Assembly (NCBI GenBank): GCA_000146465.1
Contig: CP001951.1
DNA: 64,000 bases
Reading direction: 5' to 3' (one strand)
The notes beneath the pieces were generated by a model that searched no databases, was not told the origin of the DNA, and saw only the letters and a list, made by a program, of their open reading frames with translations. Of the stretch, positions 1-9,496 are shown piece by piece; position 1 is the stretch's first letter; every line of letters begins with the position of its first letter. Both the position numbers and the translations under genes were made by a program.

Positions 1-1187
1 AGTCTTTCGTAAATCTCCCGGTCAGGTTCTCCCCAGAAACCCTCGTTTAGTAAACGGAGTCCCTGAATAAGATCAACCTTATGGATACACTGTGGCTTCT
101 GCACAGCCTTCCCTGACTCAATCATCACAAGATCAATTGTAAATTCCTTATCAAACCTATTCTCTGGCAAAAAGCACTCCACATCGTCAAGAGCAAACCT
201 GTACAAGCCCTGGCGATAGAAAAGAGTGTTGATTCTCAGAAGAACCATTCTTTTTTCTTCCTCTTCAAGGTAGTAGTACAGAAAAACCTGTATGTCTTCG
301 GATATGTCGCAGTCCACCCCACTAAACACTGCATAATCCTTGTCTCGATAGACCCTATCATCATCTCCCTCCTTGATTGCACACAATTCTTCCCCTTTTT
401 TCATTATCTTCATTCCAATTAGGAAACTCTTAGTAGACGCTGAGGGAATGGTGGTTACTATCAGCTGCCTCAAGATAACAGTGTGAGCCAATTCTCCCTT
501 TAGAGTGCTTGCCGAGTCAAAATACTTGATGTATCTTTTAACCGTATTGATGTTGGATAGAGATGATGCAAAAGCACCTTCAAGACATTTCTCCCAGATC
601 AGCTCCGTTCGGTCTGCAAGCTCACAATACCTTAAAACACATCCTACCAGAAACCTTAGTTTGTCTTCATCTCCATTTTGAGTCTCAAATGCAGCTATGT
701 TGTTTGGATTAAATTCCAACCAGCATCTTACAGCACACGATATTCTGTAGGCAAGTCCAAGATCGAAGTCAAGAGACGGTATCTTCTGGACATTAGGGTA
801 TTTCTTGAGGCTTTCTCCAAGACTCCAAACCATGAATCTGTCTTTGTAATTGGTGTTAAGAAATTCAATAAGCTCTCCGGTGTTGTTTCTTCGTGTTATG
901 CTCTCTGTGGAGTTATCCCAGCACTGTCCAAACACCAGCACACGATGGCTGATCCTCCAGACGTTAAGGTTGGCTCCTTGTCTCCGATCCCCTCTCTCTT
1001 TCTTGATATATACTTCCTTGCTCCCATTGGACAAACTTGTAGAACCCACGCATCTGAAATCTCCCCCTTCGCTATTCTTCACAAGAGCCTGAATCTTCTC
1101 AAGAATCCTAGAGTTGATCCTTGCTCCGTTCATAAGAGTCTCTCCTTCCATTCCTGGCAGACTTGAGCTTGATGTTATAAAAAACAT
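1..1187 (-). CDS. hypothetical protein, 5' part only (N-terminal about 395 aa; continues past window start)
   Basis: Hand-checked on minus strand: ATG at 1187-1185, then no TAA/TAG/TGA in frame through position 1. A stop lies just upstream at 1197-1199. Not in the ORF track because it has no in-window stop. No family recognised (starts MFFITSSSSLPGMEGETLMNGARINSRILEKIQ...). Plus-strand ORFs 678..1166, 850..1092 and 1223..1552 are antisense shadows. Confidence 0.5.
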   Translation of the reverse strand, partial: MFFITSSSSLPGMEGETLMNGARINSRILEKIQALVKNSEGGDFRCVGSTSLSNGSKEVYIKKERGDRRQGANLNVWRISHRVLVFGQCWDNSTESITRRNNTGELIEFLNTNYKDRFMVWSLGESLKKYPNVQKIPSLDFDLGLAYRISCAVRCWLEFNPNNIAAFETQNGDEDKLRFLVGCVLRYCELADRTELIWEKCLEGAFASSLSNINTVKRYIKYFDSASTLKGELAHTVILRQLIVTTIPSASTKSFLIGMKIMKKGEELCAIKEGDDDRVYRDKDYAVFSGVDCDISEDIQVFLYYYLEEEEKRMVLLRINTLFYRQGLYRFALDDVECFLPENRFDKEFTIDLVMIESGKAVQKPQCIHKVDLIQGLRLLNEGFWGEPDREIYER

Positions 1188-1269
1188 GAAACAGGTCTAA
1201 CGGATAGGTTCTCTTCCGTTTCATGGCAAAACAAGACTGGAAAAGACAGGATAGCTTCCAAAAACCTCT

Positions 1270-2331
1270 TTATTTTGAAAAAAGTCTTACAATCCATCCT
1301 ATTAACAGCCCCAAATTAAGAGTAAACATTATATGGAAGAAAGGGCCCCATGGAGAAGAGAGCTCTATCTCCATGTCTCTATACTCCTCATTCGGGTCGC
1401 TCAACAAGTTTGCAATCATGCTGAATTCCTCTATTCTCGTCACACACTTCTCTCCATTCTTTTCCTTGAATCTGGATATCATTTTCTCCTTCTTCTCAAA
1501 CTGCTTTAGCAAAAAACTATCCTCGTCCATACTGTTGTTATTGGGAATATAGTCCAAAAAGAACATAAAATTCACCTTTTGTGACTTGTTCACTATCACA
1601 TCCCAGTAAGAAAAGGTGTCGTTGGGATACTTCACATAAGGGTTTCCCATCATTGTGATGTCTATAATCCCCTCCATGTCATCCCGTATGTTCTCTCTCA
1701 ATATCTTGAACCCTGTAGTCCTGGGGATCAAAACCTCCTCAGGATCAAAGCTCCTTCCATCAATCTCTACATCTGCCTCAGACGACCACTTATGAGATTT
1801 AGGATGGGACAACTTGTCTATGTAGGTCCCCTCTGGGAAAATAAGAAGATCATACTTCCCTTCGCTCCTAAGCCTCGAAGTTCCAGATATGATTAGCTCC
1901 TTGTCCTTGCTTATCTTTCTGTTCAAAAAGATAAATTGAAAAAACTTCATTCCACGTCCTAGTAGTGGAATGTCCTTCAAGGACATCTTAAGAACAATGC
2001 ATATATCCTTGAACCTTCCAAAACAATGCAGCACACAGCAAACAAATAGCCAGTCATATTCCGTCAAGTGATTTGAAATAATAACATTTCTGCTTCTCTT
2101 GAGAATGGCTGGATTGTACCTGATAAACACTTTTTTGGGGAAGTATCCTGAAAATACTGCCCGTGTAAGATGAAGCCACGTAATCTTTGCCGATCTTCTA
2201 AGAGCACGTTTGGCAACCTTCCCATAGCACACAAGCCATACCACAGATACAAAGGCAAGCCCGACAATTATATATGAAAAATATACTATCATTGCTACCA
2301 GAAAGAATATGGCATTCCAAGCCCTTTTCAT
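1270..2331 (-). CDS. lysophospholipid acyltransferase (AGPAT/LCLAT-like, PlsC family)
   Basis: Acyltransferase motif NHLTEYDW (HxxxxD) and FPEGT motif, with N-terminal TM helices. Track start 2334 is GTG; first ATG is the next codon at 2331. Confidence 0.7.
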   Translation of the reverse strand: MKRAWNAIFFLVAMIVYFSYIIVGLAFVSVVWLVCYGKVAKRALRRSAKITWLHLTRAVFSGYFPKKVFIRYNPAILKRSRNVIISNHLTEYDWLFVCCVLHCFGRFKDICIVLKMSLKDIPLLGRGMKFFQFIFLNRKISKDKELIISGTSRLRSEGKYDLLIFPEGTYIDKLSHPKSHKWSSEADVEIDGRSFDPEEVLIPRTTGFKILRENIRDDMEGIIDITMMGNPYVKYPNDTFSYWDVIVNKSQKVNFMFFLDYIPNNNSMDEDSFLLKQFEKKEKMISRFKEKNGEKCVTRIEEFSMIANLLSDPNEEYRDMEIELSSPWGPFFHIMFTLNLGLLIGWIVRLFSK

Positions 2332-2414
2332 CACTCTAATCGTGCAATTTACTCTAAATATTTTTTTCTAAACATGTTTGAATCATGACGCCTCAATCCA
2401 GCTTTCAAAAGATC

Positions 2415-3062
2415 TCAAAAAGGGGTCTGATGGATACTCCCAAACATACCATCTTCGTGAATCTCTCTTAGGAATTTCATGATCTTGAGGAGGGAATCGT
2501 CATCCTTTTCTCCTGTATATGGAGGAATATGAATCCCATTGTGGGGCTGGAACTCATATGAATGGGGGCTGTCGTCAACCAGAATCACCTCATTCAAGGG
2601 CTTTCCAAGCTTACACAGATCCTTAACATATTTTCCGTTAACAAGTGTACATGAGTCTCTGTATAGAGAATAGGCTATTCTCTTATTCGCATCGATAATG
2701 CCGATGACTTTCTCGGCATATTCCTTCTTCGCTGCTGTGAAGATAATCACCTCGTATATAGCCCCAACAATGCTTATAAACTCGACAGCATGGGGCCTGA
2801 CCTTCACATAGATCTGTAGATTCTTTTTCCCAGGGACTTCCAGACAAAAGTCATAAAGTCTGGGCTTCTTAAAAGTTGAGTACACCAGAGTATTGTCGAG
2901 ATCTAGAACCACTGTTCTCCCCAAGTCGTTTTTCTGAGGGGAAACAAGTTGCATAAACTTCTTTTCTTTGGATTCTCGTCTTGCTTTCTCACTGCCTACC
3001 ATGGACATCTCTTTCCTGTTGCAACGACAAAAATTTCTTAGAGTCCTAAGAAGCCAGGACAT
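2415..3062 (-). CDS. NIF/FCP1-homology HAD phosphatase (CTD small phosphatase / Nem1-Dullard-like)
   Basis: VVLDLDNTLVYS (DxDx(T/V) HAD motif I) followed by a typical NIF-domain layout. ATG confirmed at 3062. Confidence 0.65.
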   Translation of the reverse strand: MSWLLRTLRNFCRCNRKEMSMVGSEKARRESKEKKFMQLVSPQKNDLGRTVVLDLDNTLVYSTFKKPRLYDFCLEVPGKKNLQIYVKVRPHAVEFISIVGAIYEVIIFTAAKKEYAEKVIGIIDANKRIAYSLYRDSCTLVNGKYVKDLCKLGKPLNEVILVDDSPHSYEFQPHNGIHIPPYTGEKDDDSLLKIMKFLREIHEDGMFGSIHQTPF

Positions 3063-3104
3063 TGATGTGGCGAGGGGTATAAGTCGCTTTCCAATTCCTC
3101 CCCG

Positions 3105-4013
3105 ATGACTGAAAACCCTCTCGATGTAAAGTACCAGTCCATGCTTGAAAATATCCGGGACTCGCTCCTTCCTTCAAGAGAAGATGTTCTAGTATTGGTG
3201 GAAGAAGTTCGCAAGATATTGGAGTCTGAGCCAAACGTCCTGTATATAGACACACCAGTCAATGTTGTTGGAGATGTCCATGGCCAGTTTTACGATGTAC
3301 TAAATATGATGAGCCTAATGGAAGATCCATCCGAAAAACCATATCTGTTCCTTGGAGACTATGTTGATAGAGGATACAATTCCGTAGATCTTATCCTTCT
3401 CTTGTTTGTATACAAAAGGCTTTATAGAAATACCTTACATCTTTTGAGGGGGAACCATGAAACACGGATGCTTTCCTCGGTTTACGGATTCAAGGAAGAA
3501 TGTGTGCGCAGATACGATCTTGTGGTGTACTGGAGAATCTGTGAAGCCTTCCAATACCTTCCCATTGCTGCAGTGGTCTTGGGAAAATACTTCTGTGTTC
3601 ATGGCGGGCTGGTTCCTGGAATGTCTCTGGACTTTCTAATGAAACATGACAGGATAGGGGAGATTACAGAGATAAACGATATTCTCTGGAGCGATCCAGA
3701 TGAAACCCTTGGGTTTCGGAAAAGCCAAAGAGGGGCAGGATATTTATTTGGAGAGGATGTTCTAAGAAACTTCCTTGATGAACATGGTCTGTTCCATTTT
3801 GTTCGGTCTCACCAACTGGTTAATGATGGTTATAAAGTATATTTTGATGGGAAGTTGTACACTGTGTGGGGAGCCCCGAACTACTGTTATTCTTCTGGTA
3901 ACATTGCCTGCGTTATGGCTATTGATGAGAACGGCCATGATTTTAGATTATTTGATAGATGCGAAGAACAATTTAAAGAAATCCCGGTGAGATGTGATTT
4001 TTTTGGAAGTTAA
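3105..4013 (+). CDS. Ser/Thr protein phosphatase catalytic subunit, PPP family (PP2A/PP4/PP6 subfamily)
   Basis: GDVHGQF, GDYVDRG, LRGNHE, HGG, SAPNYC-like motifs; 302 aa. Confidence 0.85.
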   Translation: MTENPLDVKYQSMLENIRDSLLPSREDVLVLVEEVRKILESEPNVLYIDTPVNVVGDVHGQFYDVLNMMSLMEDPSEKPYLFLGDYVDRGYNSVDLILLLFVYKRLYRNTLHLLRGNHETRMLSSVYGFKEECVRRYDLVVYWRICEAFQYLPIAAVVLGKYFCVHGGLVPGMSLDFLMKHDRIGEITEINDILWSDPDETLGFRKSQRGAGYLFGEDVLRNFLDEHGLFHFVRSHQLVNDGYKVYFDGKLYTVWGAPNYCYSSGNIACVMAIDENGHDFRLFDRCEEQFKEIPVRCDFFGS

Positions 4014-4020
4014 AAAGGTG

Positions 4021-4524
4021 TTACTTGGGCATATCCAGTAGCTCACCATGTCTAGGCAGGCATTCCTTCATAAGGTCAAGCAAAGTCTCGTTCTCCATTG
4101 CAGCAAGGACTCTATCTTTGTCATCTAACTGCTTGTTAAGTGCCTTGAAGTTTATATGTCCGTCGTTTACTATGTGGACTTGAATAAAATGATTTTCTAT
4201 GTATTGGTTTATCTGTGCCTTTATGCACAGCCCTATTATTGCTGCCATAGAGCAGTGCGGTATGGTTGGCTTGAACATTACTTTTATATACTTAATTGGG
4301 AGTCCGGCACTAGGTGCAATTCCATCGGAATCAATGAGTCCAATGGTTATTCCCTCTCTTGACACCACTCCAAGCTGTTCCAAGGTATAAGAATGTTCGG
4401 GATCTCTTATGTCCCTGATAAGCTCGAACACACTGTATTGTGTAATCTCTTGGAGTATTCCATCGGATATATCAATGGGATACCTTCTCTCGAGTGAGCT
4501 TGAAACAAACGGAGACTTGTTCAT
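4021..4524 (-). CDS. cytosolic Fe-S assembly factor CIA2/MIP18 (DUF59)
   Basis: IRDIRDPEHSYTLEQLGVV core of the MIP18/FAM96 family; 167 aa. Confidence 0.7.
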   Translation of the reverse strand: MNKSPFVSSSLERRYPIDISDGILQEITQYSVFELIRDIRDPEHSYTLEQLGVVSREGITIGLIDSDGIAPSAGLPIKYIKVMFKPTIPHCSMAAIIGLCIKAQINQYIENHFIQVHIVNDGHINFKALNKQLDDKDRVLAAMENETLLDLMKECLPRHGELLDMPK

Positions 4525-4578
4525 GGCAGGGGTTTCTAATCGCTCAAAATGCGTTAGAAAAAAACTTCAAAAGAAACT

Positions 4579-4893
4579 TTAATAAACCAATGCTTCTCCC
4601 TTTGTTTTCTTCTCTCCGCCAAATATCACGTGCTTGGCCCTCTTCAGAGGCTTTTGGTGGGAAAACTTGCACTTGGTACACTCCAACTTCAAAACAAGCT
4701 TCTTGGTGACTTTGGCCTTTCTTCGGAGAATCGGCTTTGTCTGACCACCATAACCCCGTTGCTTCCTAGCATATCTCCTATTTCCCTGGGCTCTAGGATT
4801 GTCTTTGGACTTCTTGGCCTGAGAAACCTTGTGTGGAGAGTAGCCGCTACACTTCTTACAAAATGTATTTCTTGTCTTCGGAATATTCACCAT
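4579..4893 (-). CDS. 60S ribosomal protein eL42 (L44e/L36a)
   Basis: [15 protein letters not shown]...[21 protein letters not shown]...LEC..C near full-length match to eL42; intronless; ATG confirmed. Confidence 0.9.
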   Translation of the reverse strand: MVNIPKTRNTFCKKCSGYSPHKVSQAKKSKDNPRAQGNRRYARKQRGYGGQTKPILRRKAKVTKKLVLKLECTKCKFSHQKPLKRAKHVIFGGEKKTKGEALVY

Positions 4894-5042
4894 CTTTCCA
4901 AGGGCAGGCTCAACGAAAGCAATTTTTTCATAGAGTGCAAGTCTTAGAAACGAGGTATAAGAGAATTATTTCAAAGCCAACTAAGCATGCTTCGGACATG
5001 CGGCAAAGTATAGAAATATAAGCATCCGGCCGTGCCCATAAA

Positions 5043-5534
5043 ATGTCCACCCCGGCAAAGCGGAGACTGATGAAAGACTTAAAAAGAGTAAAGAAAAACT
5101 CATGTAAAACAATATTTGCAGAGCCATTGGAAGATGATCTGATGACATGGGCTGCTGTGATCTTTGGGCCCGAGTCGACTCCCTTTGAAGGGGGAACATT
5201 CAGTCTGGTCCTAGCATTTCCAGAAACGTATCCCCAGGATCCTCCAAACGTGAGATTTGTCTCAGATATGTTCCACCCAAACATTTATCCCAATGGAGAA
5301 CTCTGTTTGGACATCCTTAGTAACCGCTGGAGCCCAAGCTATGATGTGATGGGGATCCTTATATCAATCCAGTCTCTCCTGAATGATCCAAACACTGCAT
5401 CTCCTGCCAACACAGAGGCTGCAAACCTCTTCTCGATAGACCCACACTTGTATGCTGAAAAAGTGAGGAATTCCGTTATAAAAAGCTGGATGGATGTAGA
5501 AAACCTTAGAGATAAATACGGAAGTCCTCAGTAA
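5043..5534 (+). CDS. ubiquitin-conjugating enzyme E2, RAD6/UBC2 type
   Basis: [15 protein letters not shown]...[22 protein letters not shown] catalytic Cys context. Very close to the RAD6 family throughout. Confidence 0.9.
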   Translation: MSTPAKRRLMKDLKRVKKNSCKTIFAEPLEDDLMTWAAVIFGPESTPFEGGTFSLVLAFPETYPQDPPNVRFVSDMFHPNIYPNGELCLDILSNRWSPSYDVMGILISIQSLLNDPNTASPANTEAANLFSIDPHLYAEKVRNSVIKSWMDVENLRDKYGSPQ

Positions 5535-5600
5535 GCTTCCATTTAACAAATTTACTATTAAATTAAAGATACTCAGATGATATCTCTGATATGCCACTGT

Positions 5601-8072
5601 CTATGCTTTGATGGGATCTGTGTCCTTGGTCTCCTTACAATACTTGGCCAGTGCAGAGATAAGATGGTTGATATGCTTCTGGATGTCGGAGTTTGTTCTC
5701 GACAGAAGGTAATAATCAAATTTGTACTCCGGTAACTTCAAGATGTCCTTTCGTATACATTCCACCCAGTTAGGATGATCAATGTATTTTCTGTAAAGAT
5801 CTATCAAGAGAGGGTTGTAATCCCCAAGTCTTGATCGAGTCTTCCCCAATTTCGCACTAATGCTATCGAAATCCCCTTCTATCATCTCCCTGATCTTAGA
5901 TCTCCTTTCCATTTTCTTCTGGCTTTTCTCAATGGAACTTATTATCTTCTCAGCATCTCGTAGCTCATTCACCCTCTCCCAAAAAACCTTATGATATGCC
6001 TCCACATCATTCTTATGCTTCATAAGCATGGCAATCTTAGAAACATCATCCTTTCCAACCTTCTCCATAGCCTTTACATACGATTGGAAGTCCTTCTTTG
6101 TCCAATCAAACCCCTGGGATTGAAGCTCCTTCTTCCTGGCTACCTCATCTGGAGAAAGGCTTTTTCCCTCCTCGTAGAGCTTAATCTCCTTTTCCTGGAT
6201 CTCCATAAGCTCCCGAGGATAAAATTGATATTCGGGATATTCAATAATCCGGGGCCTCGTGCGGAAGAGAACGCTTGTTCGTGAAGATCTCCCATAAGCA
6301 TCCTGATTGCTCTCAATAAAATTCTCGATCTTCTTGATGTTGTAGTCCTCTCCCTCCCAGGTGTAACAATCAATGTTTGTGTTCAACGTATCGCTTATCT
6401 TGAAATCACATAGCTTCATATTCATTTCCCGTGTCTTTTCCTCTCCTCTTCTAATCAAGTCTTCGATATTCTCGTCCTTCTCCTCATCTTCTGTAATTTC
6501 CATTCCATTTGCTAGTATGTCGATCAGCTCCGATTGACTAACCCCAGAGCTTTTGTAGCATCGTCCTTGAAGCAGAATATCATCCAGCTTGAGCTTCTGC
6601 AATGACCTATAGACAATTCTTTCCTCCACAGTGTTTTCACTTATCAGTCGGAAGACCACAACCTGCTTTTTCTGCCCTATTCTATGGGCCCTGTCCTGTG
6701 CTTGGAGGTCCATCTGTGGATTCCAGTCCGAGTCAAACAGAATCACCGTGTCTGCCGTCGACAGATTGATTCCAAGTCCTCCTGCTCTTGTAGTCAAGAG
6801 AAATATAAACTTCTCGCTTCCCTCTGCATTGAATGCATCTATCGCTTCTGTCCTGTCTTTGTACGACGTAGACCCGTCAATTCGACAGTATTCATACTCC
6901 TTGAACATGGCATAGTCCTCAAGTATGTCCAGCATCATCGACATCTGGCTAAAAATAAGAACCCGTGACCCTCTAGCCCGGAGGCTCTCCAGCAGCTTGT
7001 CAAGCACTATCATTTTTCCAGAATTCTCGATTATATGCTTGTCATTCGTATAGGGTTCTGGCTCTGCATCTGGAAACAGGTACGGGTGGTTGCAGCACTT
7101 CCGGAGCTGCATTACAACATTCATAAGCATCCCCTTCGGGTCTCTCGTGCTTCCAAGCGGCGACAAATCCCTCTTCAAAAGCATCTTATACCATTCCCGC
7201 TGCATAGGACTTAGCTTCGAATACAAGTTTATAATCTTCTTTGGAATTAATCCTTTTTCAACATCAATTTTCTCTCTTCTTAGGAAAAACAGCTGCAGAA
7301 CATTTCTGATCCTTTTAATGGCTTCCCCATCCTCTTCTTCTATGCTCATCACATAGTTTTCAAATTTCTCGGCATCGTTGAAGATTTCCGGAACTATAAA
7401 GTTTAGCAGTGCCCATAGCTCGTGCACATTATTCTGGAGAGGTGTTCCGGTAATAAGAAGACGATGGTCACAAGAGAAAATCCGTACTATCTTACTAAGA
7501 AGACTATGCTCGTTCTTTATCCTGTGTGCTTCATCGATAATTATATATGACCAGTTGACCTTGCTCAGAATGTTCTTTGCATTTATACACATCTCATACG
7601 TAGTCAAGCAAGCATCCCATTTCGAGGACATAATCTCTTCTGCCTCTCTCTTCATCTCTTTCCGAGAGGAGTAGAATATTCGGGCTTTGTAATTTGGCAT
7701 GAACTTCCGGAACTCCCTCTTCCAGTTTGCAAGTGTAGACTTTGGAAGCACAATTAAATGTCTCTTCCGTTCTTTCTTTACATATCGGATGTATCCTAGA
7801 AACGCTATTGTTTGAAGTGTCTTTCCCAAGCCCATCTCATCAGCTAGTATACAATTTATGGAATTTTCATGCATATTGATCAACCAATTCAATCCTTCAA
7901 TCTGATAATCTTTAAGTTCATGAATAATAAATTTAGGGCTACTAATAAATGTATACGGCTCAATAGGCTCGTCATCTCCCTTCATCACATCTTCATAGTT
8001 GGGTATAAACGCCCGGAAAAACTCATTGTCCCCGATAAAACTTTTATACTTCCTTAAGAGTTTTACATTCAT
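5601..8072 (-). CDS. ISWI-type SNF2 chromatin-remodelling ATPase
   Basis: DYQIEGLNWLINMHENSINCILADEMGLGKTLQTIAF, DEAH box, helicase C motifs, and a C-terminal HAND-SANT-SLIDE region (WTKKDFQSYVKAMEKVGKDD). Confidence 0.9.
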   Translation of the reverse strand: MNVKLLRKYKSFIGDNEFFRAFIPNYEDVMKGDDEPIEPYTFISSPKFIIHELKDYQIEGLNWLINMHENSINCILADEMGLGKTLQTIAFLGYIRYVKKERKRHLIVLPKSTLANWKREFRKFMPNYKARIFYSSRKEMKREAEEIMSSKWDACLTTYEMCINAKNILSKVNWSYIIIDEAHRIKNEHSLLSKIVRIFSCDHRLLITGTPLQNNVHELWALLNFIVPEIFNDAEKFENYVMSIEEEDGEAIKRIRNVLQLFFLRREKIDVEKGLIPKKIINLYSKLSPMQREWYKMLLKRDLSPLGSTRDPKGMLMNVVMQLRKCCNHPYLFPDAEPEPYTNDKHIIENSGKMIVLDKLLESLRARGSRVLIFSQMSMMLDILEDYAMFKEYEYCRIDGSTSYKDRTEAIDAFNAEGSEKFIFLLTTRAGGLGINLSTADTVILFDSDWNPQMDLQAQDRAHRIGQKKQVVVFRLISENTVEERIVYRSLQKLKLDDILLQGRCYKSSGVSQSELIDILANGMEITEDEEKDENIEDLIRRGEEKTREMNMKLCDFKISDTLNTNIDCYTWEGEDYNIKKIENFIESNQDAYGRSSRTSVLFRTRPRIIEYPEYQFYPRELMEIQEKEIKLYEEGKSLSPDEVARKKELQSQGFDWTKKDFQSYVKAMEKVGKDDVSKIAMLMKHKNDVEAYHKVFWERVNELRDAEKIISSIEKSQKKMERRSKIREMIEGDFDSISAKLGKTRSRLGDYNPLLIDLYRKYIDHPNWVECIRKDILKLPEYKFDYYLLSRTNSDIQKHINHLISALAKYCKETKDTDPIKA

Positions 8073-8130
8073 CTAAGGGTCTTTCTTTCTCATTTTTTTT
8101 GCTAAACTTCCATATAAGGAAATACTTCTC

Positions 8131-8742
8131 TTACTCAAATTGCATATTAAGGTATTTGATGATATCTTCGGATTTTGTCTTTCCCAGGCCCGGAATCTTT
8201 TCCATCTCCTCAGAAGACTTCCCGAAGAATCTCAGAAGCGTTCCATTGTATTTAAGTATCTGCTGGGCATTGCTCTTGTTCACTTTTGGAAAGGCTGTCA
8301 GAAATCCCTCTTCATCATGGCTTCCCCTTCTTATTGCTTCAATCGACCTCTTTCCTGCTTCATCAAATCCCCGGATATATCGAGAGCATTCGTCTATGCT
8401 GAACCCCAATACCATGGTTAGTGAGGTTGTATCGAAGAGCTCTTGAATAGTTTTGCTATAGTTGGGAATATCTACATGCACTAATAATACCTTCACCTTA
8501 TATGGCTTAAGCTTATTGATCCTCTTATGGATGTATTCGGGTTTGCAGCTATGAAACCGAAGAGATAGGAACAGTAAAGCGGTAGATCTGTTTATCTCGT
8601 AATCGGGCGTTATAGAATTGTCGTAGTGCCAGGATGCATTTGAAAGATAGTTCAGAACATTGTTTCCTTTCTGTAATGGAGAAACTTTTATCATCGATGG
8701 GATAAACTCTGTTCTTTCTATTATGAAAAAAGCTGTTGACAT
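8131..8742 (-). CDS. DNA excision repair protein ERCC1/Rad10
   Basis: YIHKRINKLKPYKVKVLLVHVDIPNYSKTIQEL...LTMVLGFSIDECSRYIRGF central domain and a C-terminal HhH (IPGLGKTKSEDI). Track start 8772 is TTG; first ATG is 8742, which also removes the overlap with Rrp4. Confidence 0.75.
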   Translation of the reverse strand: MSTAFFIIERTEFIPSMIKVSPLQKGNNVLNYLSNASWHYDNSITPDYEINRSTALLFLSLRFHSCKPEYIHKRINKLKPYKVKVLLVHVDIPNYSKTIQELFDTTSLTMVLGFSIDECSRYIRGFDEAGKRSIEAIRRGSHDEEGFLTAFPKVNKSNAQQILKYNGTLLRFFGKSSEEMEKIPGLGKTKSEDIIKYLNMQFE

Positions 8743-8755
8743 CAGGAGTTTAATG

Positions 8756-9457
8756 TTATGAATTTTTTTCAAGTAATTCTTCCATGTTTATGTATCTATT
8801 CTGGGACACCATTGTCTTTATCTTAGAAACAAGACTGGCTATCTCTATGAAAGCCATGGGATCTTCTCGGGTTTTTCCAACCCATATGTATCCGTTACAT
8901 CCCACAATAACCTTGATGTTACCATGAAGGAGGAACCTCGTTCTGAGGGGCTCAAGTAGAAAGTGGGGCGCAAACACCAAGAGACCTTGGCCCAACTTCC
9001 CATACATGTCATTTCTTGTATGTAATGCAATCGTACCGTTTCGGTTGACTTTCTGAACTTCCGATACAACTAGATCGTTGATGTCGAAAAAGTCCCTCAT
9101 GGACATCTCATCCGATTCTTGTTTCCGCCGTTGAACTGTCCCCGGAAGGTTGATGGCTGACAGCCCTAGATAAGCATCTCCTCTACTGCTCAACTCAACC
9201 TTCCACTTCTTGTTGTGGATCCCAATAACCCTCCCCACAACAACATTGCCAACCTCTGGATTGTACTTCATGGAAGAAATAGGATCGATGGAGACGAGCT
9301 TGTTTGTGATCTTCACCCTTCCAAAGTAGGTTGATGCTATATTGCTTCCTCTAAGCTGTGTTCCATGCCCTCTTATATACCCATCGGACTCTAGAACGTC
9401 TTCCCCGGGAAGAAACAAAGTCTTCATTAGGGTACCGTTTCTGCGGCAAAAAACCAT
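8756..9457 (-). CDS. exosome component Rrp4 (S1 + KH)
   Basis: GNVVVGRVIGIHNKKWKVELSS S1 domain; KH region GNIKVIVGCNGYIWVG; overall Rrp4-like. Confidence 0.8.
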   Translation of the reverse strand: MVFCRRNGTLMKTLFLPGEDVLESDGYIRGHGTQLRGSNIASTYFGRVKITNKLVSIDPISSMKYNPEVGNVVVGRVIGIHNKKWKVELSSRGDAYLGLSAINLPGTVQRRKQESDEMSMRDFFDINDLVVSEVQKVNRNGTIALHTRNDMYGKLGQGLLVFAPHFLLEPLRTRFLLHGNIKVIVGCNGYIWVGKTREDPMAFIEIASLVSKIKTMVSQNRYINMEELLEKNS

Positions 9458-9496
9458 TTAGATCGTCGGAAATACCGTATTTAGTCAGGCCCCAGG

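Noticed and set aside
678-1552. Plus-strand ORFs 678..1166, 850..1092 and 1223..1552
   Set aside because: They lie antisense to the verified open minus-strand gene 1..1187 and to the 5' end of the acyltransferase. Low-complexity translations; shadow ORFs.
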